DNA of 64,000 nucleotides from an uncultured virus (IMG/VR IMGVR_UViG_3300020050_007563) (Duplodnaviria; Heunggongvirae; Uroviricota; Caudoviricetes), in IMG/VR virus record IMGVR_UViG_3300020050_007563; one strand, written 5' to 3'. The notes below the pieces were generated by a model, which was given only the letters and a program-made list of their open reading frames with translations, made no database searches and was not told where the DNA came from. Both the position numbers and the translations under genes were made by a program. Positions 56,001 through 64,000 of this stretch are shown in pieces (the first letter of the stretch is position 1; each line of letters opens with the position of its first letter).

Positions 56001-58958
56001 CTAGAGGATCTGGATCGCCGGATATTAGCCTCCACAAACCCACAGGAGATACAGATCCTAGAGGCTCGTCAGGCCGAGATGGTGAGTGAGCTTTCTGACG
56101 AGGCCCTATCTCGTGGTCGATTCGGATCCGCCCTTGGTGACATATACCAGAACTCCGACCTGAGATTCAATTCCGAGGTGAAAGCCGAGGAGTGGCGGAG
56201 GAGGTTCGGAGAGGAGCCCTCCGAGGAGGTGATGGCTGCATTTAATAAGCTGAGCGAAGAGTTCTCAGAGCTAAAGAAGAAGTTCCAAGAGGCGGAGATC
56301 CGAGCGGCACAATCCGAGGAGAAGGCACTTATTGAGGCCCTCAAGCGTATCGCTGCCAAAGAAAAGGCAAGGGGGCCGCGTGGTGAGAGAAAGCGAGTGG
56401 CTGACCGCATCCGTTCACTGAAGATCAAGAGTGATGTGGCCGGAGCCTTCATCATTCCGCCAAGTCTCTACAACGGCATCATCGAGACTGTTGCTCTTTC
56501 GGTGGAAGCTGGGGAGGCTATTGGTGCAGCAATCCAGAAGGGATTGAAGAAGCTCCGGGATAATGACGCCTATAAGAAACTGTCCGACGATGACAAGCAA
56601 CTTGTCGAGCAACAGATAGGAGAGGCTGTCACCGGGGTGACACGTGACGATATTGATGGGCGTCTCCGTATTCCGAAACAGATGGTCATCGAGGCTGTCC
56701 GCGATGGCGCCAACGACATCAACTCTCTCGTGGCGGCTGTCCGGGAACTCGCTCAGATACCTGCCGAGGTCAGCGACCGGGAGATCCGCGACGCCATCAC
56801 GGAGTACGGGAAGACCGCCGCCATGAGCAAGGATGAGCTTCTGGCGGAAGTTCGACGCATCAAGCGTATCGGCAGAGATGTATCAGCCCTTGAGGACATC
56901 CAAGCCAAGAAAAGACCCCTGCGCAGTGGCCTCCAGCGCGACAAGCTCACGGCAGATGAGCGTGCGCTGAAGCGCAAGATCCGCGACGGCCTGAAAGATC
57001 TGCCGGTGGATCATGCTGCCCAGGAGCGTGAGCTGAAGACTGCTCTGGATGCGGCTAAGACCCGCACGCGCAACCGCATCGAGGATCTCCAACGCGAGAT
57101 CGACGCCAAAGAGCGTACCCCTCGCAACACAAAAGAAGTAGAGCCGGATGCCGAACTGATCGCGCTCCGAGAGGAAAAGGACGCCCTTCAAGCTGTACAC
57201 GATGAGGTGTTCAATGATCCGGCCATCACGGAAGAGGAGCGCCTGAATCGTCTACTGGCATCCACACAGCGCAGCATCGAGGAGTACGAGAAGCGCATCT
57301 CCGAGAAGAATCTCGACCCCAAGAAGAAGGCTCCGGTCAAAGAGACCCCTGAGCTGAAGGCGCTGCGCGAAAAGCGAGACGCTCTGAAGTCCGAATACCA
57401 GCAACTCCAAGAGGAGGCCGGAGTTATCGAGAAACGCCGACTCGAAGCCGCCAAGAAGGCGTCTGAGGCCCGTATTGCTGAACTCAAGCGACGGATCCAA
57501 GAGGGTGACTTCTCCAAGAAGGAGGCGCGTCCGGCTGTGGTGGATGATGAACTCACTAGGCTCAATGCGCAGAAGCTCCGTCTCCAAGAGGAGTACGACA
57601 AGGAGTTCTACAAGCATGAGCTGAAGAACCGCACCAAGACGGAAAAGGCCAAGGACTTTCTCTGGGAGGCATACGGACTGACACGAGCCCTGCAAGCCAC
57701 GGGTGAACTCTCGTTCGTCTTGATGCAAGGGGGTGTTCAGACCATCAGTAACATCTGGCGCAAGCCCGGCGTTGTTGCTCGTGCGTTCCGCAATATGTGG
57801 GATGCCATGCGCAGCGAGAAGAAGTCCGACGAGTGGTTGCGTCGTGTGAAGTCGCAGCCGTGGTACCCGCAGGCTAAAGAGGCGAAGCTCGCGATCACCG
57901 AACCCCACGCGGAGGTGACGGCACGAGAGGAACTCTTCCTGTCGGACTGGACACGCTTGATATGGAATGAGATAGGCATCCCGTTGCAACTGCAAAAGAG
58001 CGGCGACGCTTTCAAGAGATGGGAGGCCGCCAACCCATTCCGCGCTCTGGAGCGTGGCGCAGCAGCGTATCTGGATACACTACGGGTGGAGCGCTATCTG
58101 GATGGACTCTCTGTGATGGAGAGGAATGGCGAGCAGCCCACCAAGCAGGACCGAGAGGATATTGCGGACGCCGTGAACACCTTGACGGGTCGGGGGTCGC
58201 TCGGGAAGTGGGGAGAGAGCAACTCTCGCGGCCTCGCGAAGATCTTTTTCTCACCACGCCTGTGGTCGTCCACATTCAAGACCGCCACCCCATACGCCAT
58301 CTACCACTTCGGCAAGATGACACCGACGGCACGCAAACTCGCCGTGCAGGATATGGGTCGATTCATCGGTACCACGATGGCCTTCGTGGCAATGGCTGGT
58401 GCGTATCTGAACAACGACGACGATGACGAGACAGGTGTGGAGATGGATCCGCGTAGCTCGGACTTCGGGAAGATCAAGATCGGGGACCGTCGTATAGACC
58501 CGTGGGGTGGCCGCATCCAACAGGTGGTGTTCTCGACCCGATTGGTGATGGGGGTTCTCGGTAAGGATGCCTACAAGAACGCCAGGGGAGAGGTCATGCC
58601 GCTGGGGGTGGATCACAGGTCTCCCACGATGCTGGATGTGGGCCTCCGGATGGCGACGAACAAGTTGGCGCCGTCGGCATCTCTTCTTGCGGACTTCGCC
58701 TCCACCAAAACCAAAGTTGGTCGGGACGGACAAGCGACCCGCTACACTCCATTTGGTGAGGAGTATGACTTCATGGATTCCGTTACGGAAAAGCTCGTGC
58801 CGATCTTCGCGGGCACTGTGAATGACCTCGCTAAAGAAGATCCCGGAGCACTGGAAGGATTCCTTCTGTTCTACGCCTTCTTCGGAGGCGGTGTACAGGA
58901 GTACAAGGACCGCAAGAAGGAGACTTCCGATGAGCGCCGCGAACAACGCCTGAAATGA
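53058..58958 (+). CDS. very large ejection / polyvalent-like protein (1966 aa)
   Basis: N-terminal WTPPKDA repeat, Gly/Ala-rich segment, long coiled coils, C-terminal DPRSSDFGKIK.GD.RIDPWGG domain. Confidence 0.75.
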   Translation: MSDWTPPKDAQPIGWTPPKDAAAVPKPQAQTPPNTPQGAVAGPTTLATPVVASQGLSEAPPPPSAGAFTPGALQTSLETQIGSSARPRGLLTSEQRRQYAAEMKKLQASLQQRYTTGYGEYAETRFRQDPAVAQKMRTLEGALVQDAALDPEGSRRDVEMLEAEERGKKEMKNASLMEMSPEGRGRLREIADKMDALDPRREETFLMNRDYKPQGLTEQDPRMAKLYQDFELAAHPDLNDKKTRFDSREITERRLAGALDPKDDIEHQMDVLQFAGRRLMGRYLRAKDLIEQGSDDPQLQVEVQDIEEGMKFVRDRVRQEAERDPRSFQGKLNELSQRISEQENEMSRGDVNAWQEKALRSGTFGFTDMTRSTIAGLGRLVDPSEGYSFSDKLSDWAEEMSGVQDAARSKEEKESLMGKLAYGAGGMAALIAPTIATGGSAGATRAATVATSLGAEYEGYTRQAMEGGATEQQAERGALVYAPIAAAIELLNPQAYLANGEMRALRQSVIEGIKGGATPKGALKMALESAEAGTKEAIEELSQTLTERATNAGVNKLSGTDLNDDAPTAAEAAETVLVSGILGSVFHTTSFIEPTRADRTKFQAESMQWAAKNPEKAFGLIKGQIPEAQHKVAQERLANLARTYKGNELLDMDPVKAAEVADIVERKNAVEEEIKSAPMDPVLEAANGDPRKREAATLTTDMIEALGIPANKAKAALASSGLEQMPEGTKAITNPDGSVTLEKKPEAGEKKKTKAVESVMTETATEETPAPNEEPSSKGTIRADIRQMQPAQDIGGAIRSGEGGGAGAPSEAQPAIQGQVQQQQAIDEGATAITETPAEATTDPGAAPSLPLDTPAPAGPAIEAEPVVKSDADLQPKQAADGEVIPQGHPDVPQDVQQDAPVDPQQVKKTVATKRAYEGEFREGVKRELEARGLYRSVESFEEAAQNAASLIESIGLEAALEAVRNNDVKGGAAAYIYRSALEDLDRRILASTNPQEIQILEARQAEMVSELSDEALSRGRFGSALGDIYQNSDLRFNSEVKAEEWRRRFGEEPSEEVMAAFNKLSEEFSELKKKFQEAEIRAAQSEEKALIEALKRIAAKEKARGPRGERKRVADRIRSLKIKSDVAGAFIIPPSLYNGIIETVALSVEAGEAIGAAIQKGLKKLRDNDAYKKLSDDDKQLVEQQIGEAVTGVTRDDIDGRLRIPKQMVIEAVRDGANDINSLVAAVRELAQIPAEVSDREIRDAITEYGKTAAMSKDELLAEVRRIKRIGRDVSALEDIQAKKRPLRSGLQRDKLTADERALKRKIRDGLKDLPVDHAAQERELKTALDAAKTRTRNRIEDLQREIDAKERTPRNTKEVEPDAELIALREEKDALQAVHDEVFNDPAITEEERLNRLLASTQRSIEEYEKRISEKNLDPKKKAPVKETPELKALREKRDALKSEYQQLQEEAGVIEKRRLEAAKKASEARIAELKRRIQEGDFSKKEARPAVVDDELTRLNAQKLRLQEEYDKEFYKHELKNRTKTEKAKDFLWEAYGLTRALQATGELSFVLMQGGVQTISNIWRKPGVVARAFRNMWDAMRSEKKSDEWLRRVKSQPWYPQAKEAKLAITEPHAEVTAREELFLSDWTRLIWNEIGIPLQLQKSGDAFKRWEAANPFRALERGAAAYLDTLRVERYLDGLSVMERNGEQPTKQDREDIADAVNTLTGRGSLGKWGESNSRGLAKIFFSPRLWSSTFKTATPYAIYHFGKMTPTARKLAVQDMGRFIGTTMAFVAMAGAYLNNDDDDETGVEMDPRSSDFGKIKIGDRRIDPWGGRIQQVVFSTRLVMGVLGKDAYKNARGEVMPLGVDHRSPTMLDVGLRMATNKLAPSASLLADFASTKTKVGRDGQATRYTPFGEEYDFMDSVTEKLVPIFAGTVNDLAKEDPGALEGFLLFYAFFGGGVQEYKDRKKETSDERREQRLK

Positions 58959-59080
58959 CACACTCCACCATCACACTCGATCTGGACATCCAGATAGATA
59001 TGGCCTTCTCGGGGTTCTCCGAGGGCTACCCGTATTTGGTCCTCACCTACGAGGGTGAGTGTGACTGTGAGTTCTGTCGG

Positions 59081-59377
59081 TCAGAATGAGGCTCGCTTCC
59101 CGGCCTCGATCTCTCGCATCCTGCCCTCTACCCCTTTGGCCCATCGCTGATTGATGCGGTGCTGCTCGGCTCGTACTCCCTTCTTCATCAGCCCGATCAC
59201 CCACTCCAGCTTGTCGATCTCCTGACAGGCAATGGTGGCGTGCCTGGATTCTTGTGTCTCCTCAAAGCGAGCAAGGGCGGCATTGAACACCTTCAGGGCA
59301 TCAATGACGTCGGGCGTTCCTACGGTCAAATGGTCGATCTCCGCTCTGGATGGGTCGATGGTTCGGAAGGATCTCAC
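59081..59377 (-). CDS. hypothetical protein
   Basis: 98-aa helical ORF. Confidence 0.5.
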   Translation of the reverse strand: MRSFRTIDPSRAEIDHLTVGTPDVIDALKVFNAALARFEETQESRHATIACQEIDKLEWVIGLMKKGVRAEQHRINQRWAKGVEGRMREIEAGKRASF

Positions 59378-59437
59378 TCCACAAAGAAAAGCAAAAGCCC
59401 CGCTCTCGCAGGGCCTTCACATGAGCGCGTTTTGCTC

Positions 59438-59761
59438 TTACAGGGCGGTCACTACCCCTGCGGTGGACAGGGTTGCACCGTTGGTTCCAGCCTCGACGGC
59501 AGTACCCACGTTGGTGATGGCGGTGGAGACGGCGGCGAGGGTCGTCATGCGCTCCCAGCCCACGGTCGTTCCGTTGTCGTTCTTGATCAGCAGGACACCG
59601 TAGGTGCTGCTCAGGTAGGGGTTCATGCTACCGGCAGTGACGGCTCCCATCAAGCCGTTGTTGGCGATGGTCGGAGGGTAACTGGCGGTGGCGCCGGGGC
59701 CAACACTGAGGCTGTAACCGGGGATGTTGATCTGGTTTCCGCTGGGGAGGATCAGGTACAT
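59438..59761 (-). CDS. small Ala/Gly/Thr-rich protein, possibly virion decoration
   Basis: Own TACGTTTG -7 box upstream; codon usage appears capsid-like. Confidence 0.6.
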   Translation of the reverse strand: MYLILPSGNQINIPGYSLSVGPGATASYPPTIANNGLMGAVTAGSMNPYLSSTYGVLLIKNDNGTTVGWERMTTLAAVSTAITNVGTAVEAGTNGATLSTAGVVTAL

Positions 59762-59969
59762 GGTGATAAGGTTTCGACAAACGTATGGGGCTGGATAGAT
59801 CGAAGTGTATTATACTTGTAGCGCATTGATGATTCTCTCTCCGCACCACTTCGCATTTAACTCCTCGATGGTGTGGGTGGGCTTGGTCTTGCGCATAACC
59901 CAACGTGGAATAGGGCGTCTGAAAATTCAGGGCGCCCAGAGGTGAGGCAAATGAACTAACGCAGAAGCC

Positions 59970-60179
59970 ATGACGAAAGAAGAAGCGCAAAGAATCCTGG
60001 ATGCCCTTGATCAAATAGCCATCAAGTGCGGAGTCATCCGTTCGCAAGAAGAGGTTGATCTCATTGAGCGCAACGCAAAGCTGATAGCGTCCAGAAAAGC
60101 CGCCAAGGAACGCCGCTTCGCCGACATGGTGGCCGATGCCGTTGTGCGCAAGTTGACGGCCAATCCAATGGAGCCATGA
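59970..60179 (+). CDS. hypothetical protein
   Basis: 69-aa helical ORF. Confidence 0.55.
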   Translation: MTKEEAQRILDALDQIAIKCGVIRSQEEVDLIERNAKLIASRKAAKERRFADMVADAVVRKLTANPMEP

Positions 60180-60361
60180 GTAACCGACCGGACCGCTGGG
60201 AAGGGTTCTTGACCAACGTAGGCCAAGGCATTGCCTTGGTGCTCATAGTCATCAGCATCCTTGTGCTCTACAAGGGGTGTCACAACAAGCCCGTGTGGCC
60301 GCTATGATGAGAAAAAAGACGACCCCGTTCAGCGTACCAGCCATGTCGCTATCTTTGCGGC

Positions 60362-60520
60362 GTGGCACAAGAACTGAACGGAATGAAATCCTATGGGGTA
60401 GCCCCCTGTTCAGCGCTTGTGCCAACAACGTTCTTCAGGGCTTCCCCAATGATCCGCAAGGATCCTTACGCCTCACCAGCAATGGTGGGGCGTTCGCATT
60501 CGGTGCCTCTCAGAACGTTG
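60362..60520 (+). ncRNA. C4-antisense-like structured RNA
   Basis: After TATCTTTG (60350): hairpin TGGCACAAG/CTTGTGCCA, then a multibranch fold closed by CAACGTTCT/AGAACGTTG with two GCAA tetraloops. Confidence 0.55.
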
Positions 60521-60874
60521 AGCGTTCTTTCCGAGGGTACCATATCGTAGGCGTCACCGGTTTTCACCTCGCCACCTCACCAAAAGGCGGGAAATACGAC
60601 GCTTACACGTCCCTGTCAAAGCAAGGGTCAAAACGGGCACTGAGCCACTACCGCCATCTCTCAACCCGGAACTGAAGTTCGCAGCAATGCAACCCTTGCG
60701 ACGAAGGTCCACACAAGAAGCCGGACGGCACCAAGCCAATGCTACATGCAGAGGGGTGAGGAAGCCGGTGGAGGAAGGTGCGACAGGGTCTGAAGAGCGC
60801 ACGCTTGGAACGCCGGAGGGGAACTTCAGGAAGTAAAGATGGCGGTGTGTCAAAGAAGCAAAAACTACTCCAAC

Positions 60875-61150
60875 ATGGACATCAAGAGCATCTACAAGAG
60901 CACCTACGCATCAGAGTTGGCCAAGGCAAATCTTGATGCGAAACTCATCAATGAAGCGTCCGACCGCGCCCGTGAATCCCGCGAGCGGATGGAGGCACAG
61001 TATCTGTCCGACGGACAGGACCACTATCTGCGCTGCTTGGACAATGGCATGTCTGAGACAGACGCCATGATCAGCCGCTTGGCTCTGTACGGACCAAGGG
61101 TGCAGATCAAGAGCATCGCCGAAATGACCCGCGTTCGCGTAATACGATAG
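60875..61150 (+). CDS. hypothetical protein
   Basis: A/C-rich leader plus ATG. Confidence 0.6.
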   Translation: MDIKSIYKSTYASELAKANLDAKLINEASDRARESRERMEAQYLSDGQDHYLRCLDNGMSETDAMISRLALYGPRVQIKSIAEMTRVRVIR

Positions 61151-61177
61151 GCACCCGGTAGCCAACACGAACGTCTG

Positions 61178-61405
61178 ATGAATCCGATGCTACAAAAAAC
61201 CAAAAACGACCTTGAGCGCGCACATACATGAAGGCAGGGCGCGAGGTTCGCAGGAAGGGATCTAACTACGAGCCGGGTTCAACCCAGTGGACCTGGAGGA
61301 GTTGGTGGGGTATACGTGATCGCGGGGGCCTCGGTGTACGTCAGTGACTTCCAACCTGCGCTTTCCGACATGCTTGCGACCGACTGGGAGGTAGTGCCTA
61401 GCTAA
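61178..61405 (+). pseudogene. frameshifted DUF2829/Tad2-like gene
   Basis: MKAGREVRRKG (from 61228) and FQPALSDMLATDWEVV lie in different frames across a GGGG run. Confidence 0.6.
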
Positions 61406-61516
61406 CGGTGAACTTGACGCCGTGCAGCGCAGGGACTGTGCATCGGGCATGGCGGCAAGTGGTTATTGGTGGCCGTTCTTTTTCATTCATTCGGCAGGAG
61501 GTAAAAAGGCAACACG

Positions 61517-61738
61517 ATGAAGGTTTACACGATAGCAGAGCACGGGCTTCCTGACATGGACAAGCTCGTTGGTAGAGTTGCATTCATCTTCGATGGGTGC
61601 ATCGTCAGCGGCTGGCCTCTTCGTCCAGACGAGAGCGGGAACGTACTGTGGGAAGCGGACGAGGACGTGGGGCGGCACGGTGTCTTCAACAGCGTGGAGA
61701 AGTACGTGGTGTTCGATGTCCCGGTCTGGGATCTTTGA
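61517..61738 (+). CDS. hypothetical protein
   Basis: A-rich leader; 73 aa. Confidence 0.6.
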   Translation: MKVYTIAEHGLPDMDKLVGRVAFIFDGCIVSGWPLRPDESGNVLWEADEDVGRHGVFNSVEKYVVFDVPVWDL

Positions 61739-61797
61739 ATGGCCACCAACGGTGGATATACGAAGATCGTCGCATAGCTAGCCACTCGACCCCCTCT

Positions 61798-62226
61798 ATG
61801 ACTCCTTCCTTGAAGAATCGTAAGCGCATCATCCGAGCCCACGCCGATGTTCCCCGTCGGGTGTATAGCTTTACCCTCCACCCTGATAACGTCGAGCGTG
61901 TGCGCAGCAAGAAAGACAACCTCTCGGAGTGGGTTGATAGACAATTTCAGAACGAAGCCAACATCATGGACTGGAAGAACGAAGTGAGTCGGGCATGGAA
62001 CCGCCTGTTGGAGAAGAGGTCAGATGCCGTCAAAGCCATCGCGACCGCATACCCTCCTACCCAAGAATACCGAATGCGCGGAGACACGAGCGATGCTCGG
62101 TATTTGATCCGCCAGTACGAAGAAGCCGATGGGGTCGTCTCCCTTCTGTGCGAGAAGATCGAAGCGGGCTCCACCGATGGGTACGGCGTGTTCGGGGTGA
62201 AGCCACAAGACCTCGTGGCACTATGA
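61798..62226 (+). CDS. hypothetical protein, RHH-like N-terminus
   Basis: VYSFTLHPDNVERV...NLSEWVDR. Confidence 0.5.
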   Translation: MTPSLKNRKRIIRAHADVPRRVYSFTLHPDNVERVRSKKDNLSEWVDRQFQNEANIMDWKNEVSRAWNRLLEKRSDAVKAIATAYPPTQEYRMRGDTSDARYLIRQYEEADGVVSLLCEKIEAGSTDGYGVFGVKPQDLVAL

Positions 62227-62480
62227 GTGAGGCCATCTGGCGCCCTATGAGCGCCCACGCTCAAGAGAAGCTCTACCGCAAGAGACGCCGCGAGATCCTC
62301 CTGATCCAAGCGGAGATCAAGACCGGAGCCAACGTCACCATCGAGCATCTTTGCGAGAAGTTTGACTGGTGTAGAACCAAAGCTCACTCAGCCCTTCAGG
62401 ATATGTGGCTGCTGGGGGTGCTTAAACCCAAGAAGGATGAACCATCTGAAGACACTTCTGGATCAGGCAGTAGAGGCTGA
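62223..62480 (+). CDS. small winged-HTH protein
   Basis: TIEHLCEKFDWCRTKAHSALQDMWLLGVL. Confidence 0.55.
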   Translation: MSEAIWRPMSAHAQEKLYRKRRREILLIQAEIKTGANVTIEHLCEKFDWCRTKAHSALQDMWLLGVLKPKKDEPSEDTSGSGSRG

Positions 62481-62922
62481 GGACTACGAGGCTGCTGCGG
62501 CGCTACGAGATAGGATCGCTGCGGGAGAAGTCGTGTCGGCTGGCCTCGCTGGTGCAGGTGCGACCTACTGGAATACTCCGATGGGAAGCATAAGTGCCAC
62601 GCAGCAACTCCTGAACTACTTCCAGTCCATGGCGACGTGGGCTCAAGAGGCCGAAAAGCAGGCTAACCTCTCTCGATACCACTCCGAAGGGCTCCAGAAC
62701 GAGCAAGACCGCATCCTAGAGATACGCACGCGCTCTCGGAAGTTCGTGCAGGATCAACTCATCTCCCGCATCCGGAGGAAGTACGCCGACATGGATGCCT
62801 CGTGGGTCGCCCACAACGTCCTGCTCGTAACCGATCACCGCGACAACACTGAAAGGTATGTGGTGGCGGGAGAGTGTCTGATGACAGTGAGGTACTCCAC
62901 CAGTGGCTTCACCCTGGAGTGA
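62437..62922 (+). CDS. UvrB/UvrC (UVR) motif protein
   Basis: LKTLLDQAVEAEDYEAAAALRDRI. Confidence 0.7.
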   Translation: MNHLKTLLDQAVEAEDYEAAAALRDRIAAGEVVSAGLAGAGATYWNTPMGSISATQQLLNYFQSMATWAQEAEKQANLSRYHSEGLQNEQDRILEIRTRSRKFVQDQLISRIRRKYADMDASWVAHNVLLVTDHRDNTERYVVAGECLMTVRYSTSGFTLE

Positions 62923-63056
62923 GGAATGGTGTAACTCTTCCTGGCATAAGGACAGTTGGCAAAGCACCGCGCCAACACTGGGAATGTTGAAAAACCGCGT
63001 TTCGGGGGTCAGAGGACCGATTTTGGAAATGCGGGGTTCGATCGTATCTTTGCCCT

Positions 63057-63206
63057 ATGGGATGGGATGCCGATTACCAGCGGGCTTACAGGCGTCAACG
63101 GCGTTGGGGCAACGTCATGGCGTGGGTTGGTGACCTAGTGCTCCCCGTGTTTGCTCTCGTGGTGGCGGTCGCCTTTCTAACTGTTGTGCTTGTCACTTCA
63201 TCCTAA
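63057..63206 (+). CDS. 49-aa membrane peptide (not in the ORF track)
   Basis: Leaderless after TATCTTTG (63045); C-terminal TM. Confidence 0.5.
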   Translation: MGWDADYQRAYRRQRRWGNVMAWVGDLVLPVFALVVAVAFLTVVLVTSS

Positions 63207-63687
63207 GGAACACCAGGAGCACCCCCAGCATTCCGACGAACAGGGAACCGATAGAGACGTAGAAGGCTATCCGGGAACGCCATATGGCGCCTTCCATCTC
63301 TCGAAACTGTCTGGTCTGGGTCCGTACCGCGATCTCGTCGCGCCAAGCATCGCACCCGGCCTTGGTTGCGCGCACCCAGAGCTTTTTAGGGAGGGGTAAC
63401 CCGTCGTTGACTGCCGTTCGTTCCGCTTGCGAAAGTCCCTCCTCTGGGGAGAACTCAACCCACTTCATGGTAACCAATGCGCAAGCGGCTTGGTGAACTT
63501 CCTTCATCGGTCGTTTGAGGTGGTCAACAGTCTGAAGCATGTTCATGAACGGCCCGGATGCGGTGTGCCCGTATTCGATCAATATGGCCAGCAATTCGTG
63601 CGTTGCACGGGCTAGGTCCCGTTGGTCCATTCGTTCCTCGTTGCCCATCGTCGCCAAACTATTCGCCCAACCGATCGGGTACCGCAA
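63193..63687 (-). CDS. winged-helix protein with C-terminal TM anchor (start uncertain)
   Basis: wHTH-like ...LVTMKWV...VRATKAG; C-terminal hydrophobic helix. Confidence 0.6.
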   Translation of the reverse strand: MRYPIGWANSLATMGNEERMDQRDLARATHELLAILIEYGHTASGPFMNMLQTVDHLKRPMKEVHQAACALVTMKWVEFSPEEGLSQAERTAVNDGLPLPKKLWVRATKAGCDAWRDEIAVRTQTRQFREMEGAIWRSRIAFYVSIGSLFVGMLGVLLVFLRMK

Positions 63688-63868
63688 TCAACACACTTTC
63701 CCTGACCGCGAAGCAGACGATCGCGCTGTCTGTCTGCTCCAGATCATAGACCGGGCATTTCCAGCTGTGTGACCAGTACCGCGCAACGACTTCCCAGACG
63801 GTTCCGCCTTGGGTCAGGACACGCGCACCGATGTTGAACTTCGCGGGACGCTTCCGCAGGTGGTCCAC
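63659..63868 (-). CDS. small SH3-like hypothetical protein
   Basis: AKFNIGARV...VRESVL. Confidence 0.5.
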   Translation of the reverse strand: MDHLRKRPAKFNIGARVLTQGGTVWEVVARYWSHSWKCPVYDLEQTDSAIVCFAVRESVLIAVPDRLGE

Positions 63869-64000
63869 GGCGACCGGGCCTACTTTCCTTTCGGCGATGG
63901 CTTTCGCTTCGGCTTCTTCTTCGGCGATGGCTTCTGCGCTAGGAAGGATGCCAAAGCTTCTTTCAGCGTATGCCCGGACTTCAGCTTTATCTCCCCGGCT

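Larger units (their letters stand above)
1..64000. other. Bacteroidota phage genome segment (podovirus/crAss-like virion genes, lambda-like replication genes)
   Basis: Terminase-portal-scaffold-capsid-tail-ejection gene order, lysis genes, dense small ORFs and TAnnTTTG-type promoters; no host core genes seen. Confidence 0.9.

Noticed and set aside
45831..58961. Long antisense ORFs (e.g. 45831..47114, 51505..52614, 57252..57995)
   Set aside because: Shadow ORFs expected opposite GC-rich, codon-biased genes; no motifs recognised.
63890..63934. TTCGGCGATGGCTT direct repeat near the window end
   Set aside because: It encodes a KPSPK repeat in the tail of a truncated minus-strand ORF; it is not an att site or array.
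1..64000. Stop-codon reassignment as in some crAss-like phages
   Set aside because: Large genes are uninterrupted in the standard code, TAG, TGA and TAA all end coupled genes, and no suppressor tRNA was found.

Overview
The whole window reads as part of a GC-rich Bacteroidota phage genome, judged from recurring TAnnTTTG-type -7 promoter boxes. No host housekeeping block, integrase, DNA polymerase, reverse transcriptase or CRISPR array was seen. Layout: (i) 1-18.7 kb, + strand early/replication module: many small ORFs, a minimal HisRS-like enzyme, a 27-bp-repeat protein, macro-like protein, C5 methylase, ParB/DGQHR protein, SSB, lambda-style replication genes, NinG and an endonuclease. (ii) 18.7-34.6 kb, - strand: a beta-helix/discoidin gene, lysis genes and tail fibre/spike genes, with an intergenic IS1-family element at 20769-23101 (16-bp TIRs, 8-bp TSD). 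(iii) 34.6-59 kb, + strand podovirus/crAss-like virion module: terminase, portal, scaffold, capsid, ring proteins, 1602-aa tail protein and ejection proteins. (iv) 59-64 kb, small regulatory and accessory ORFs. The most unusual signals are non-coding. A catalytic-core-only HisRS is bracketed by two related structured RNAs, one a ~255-nt stand-alone RNA with its own promoter, terminator, GNRA loops and possible pseudoknots. The IS1 element carries two aberrant tRNA-shaped RNAs that both end ACTA, plus a shared operator palindrome. An early promoter module with a Fur-box-like palindrome occurs three times. All protein calls come from motif recognition by eye, and all RNA folds were paired by hand. 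At least two frameshifts at G runs suggest assembly indel errors.
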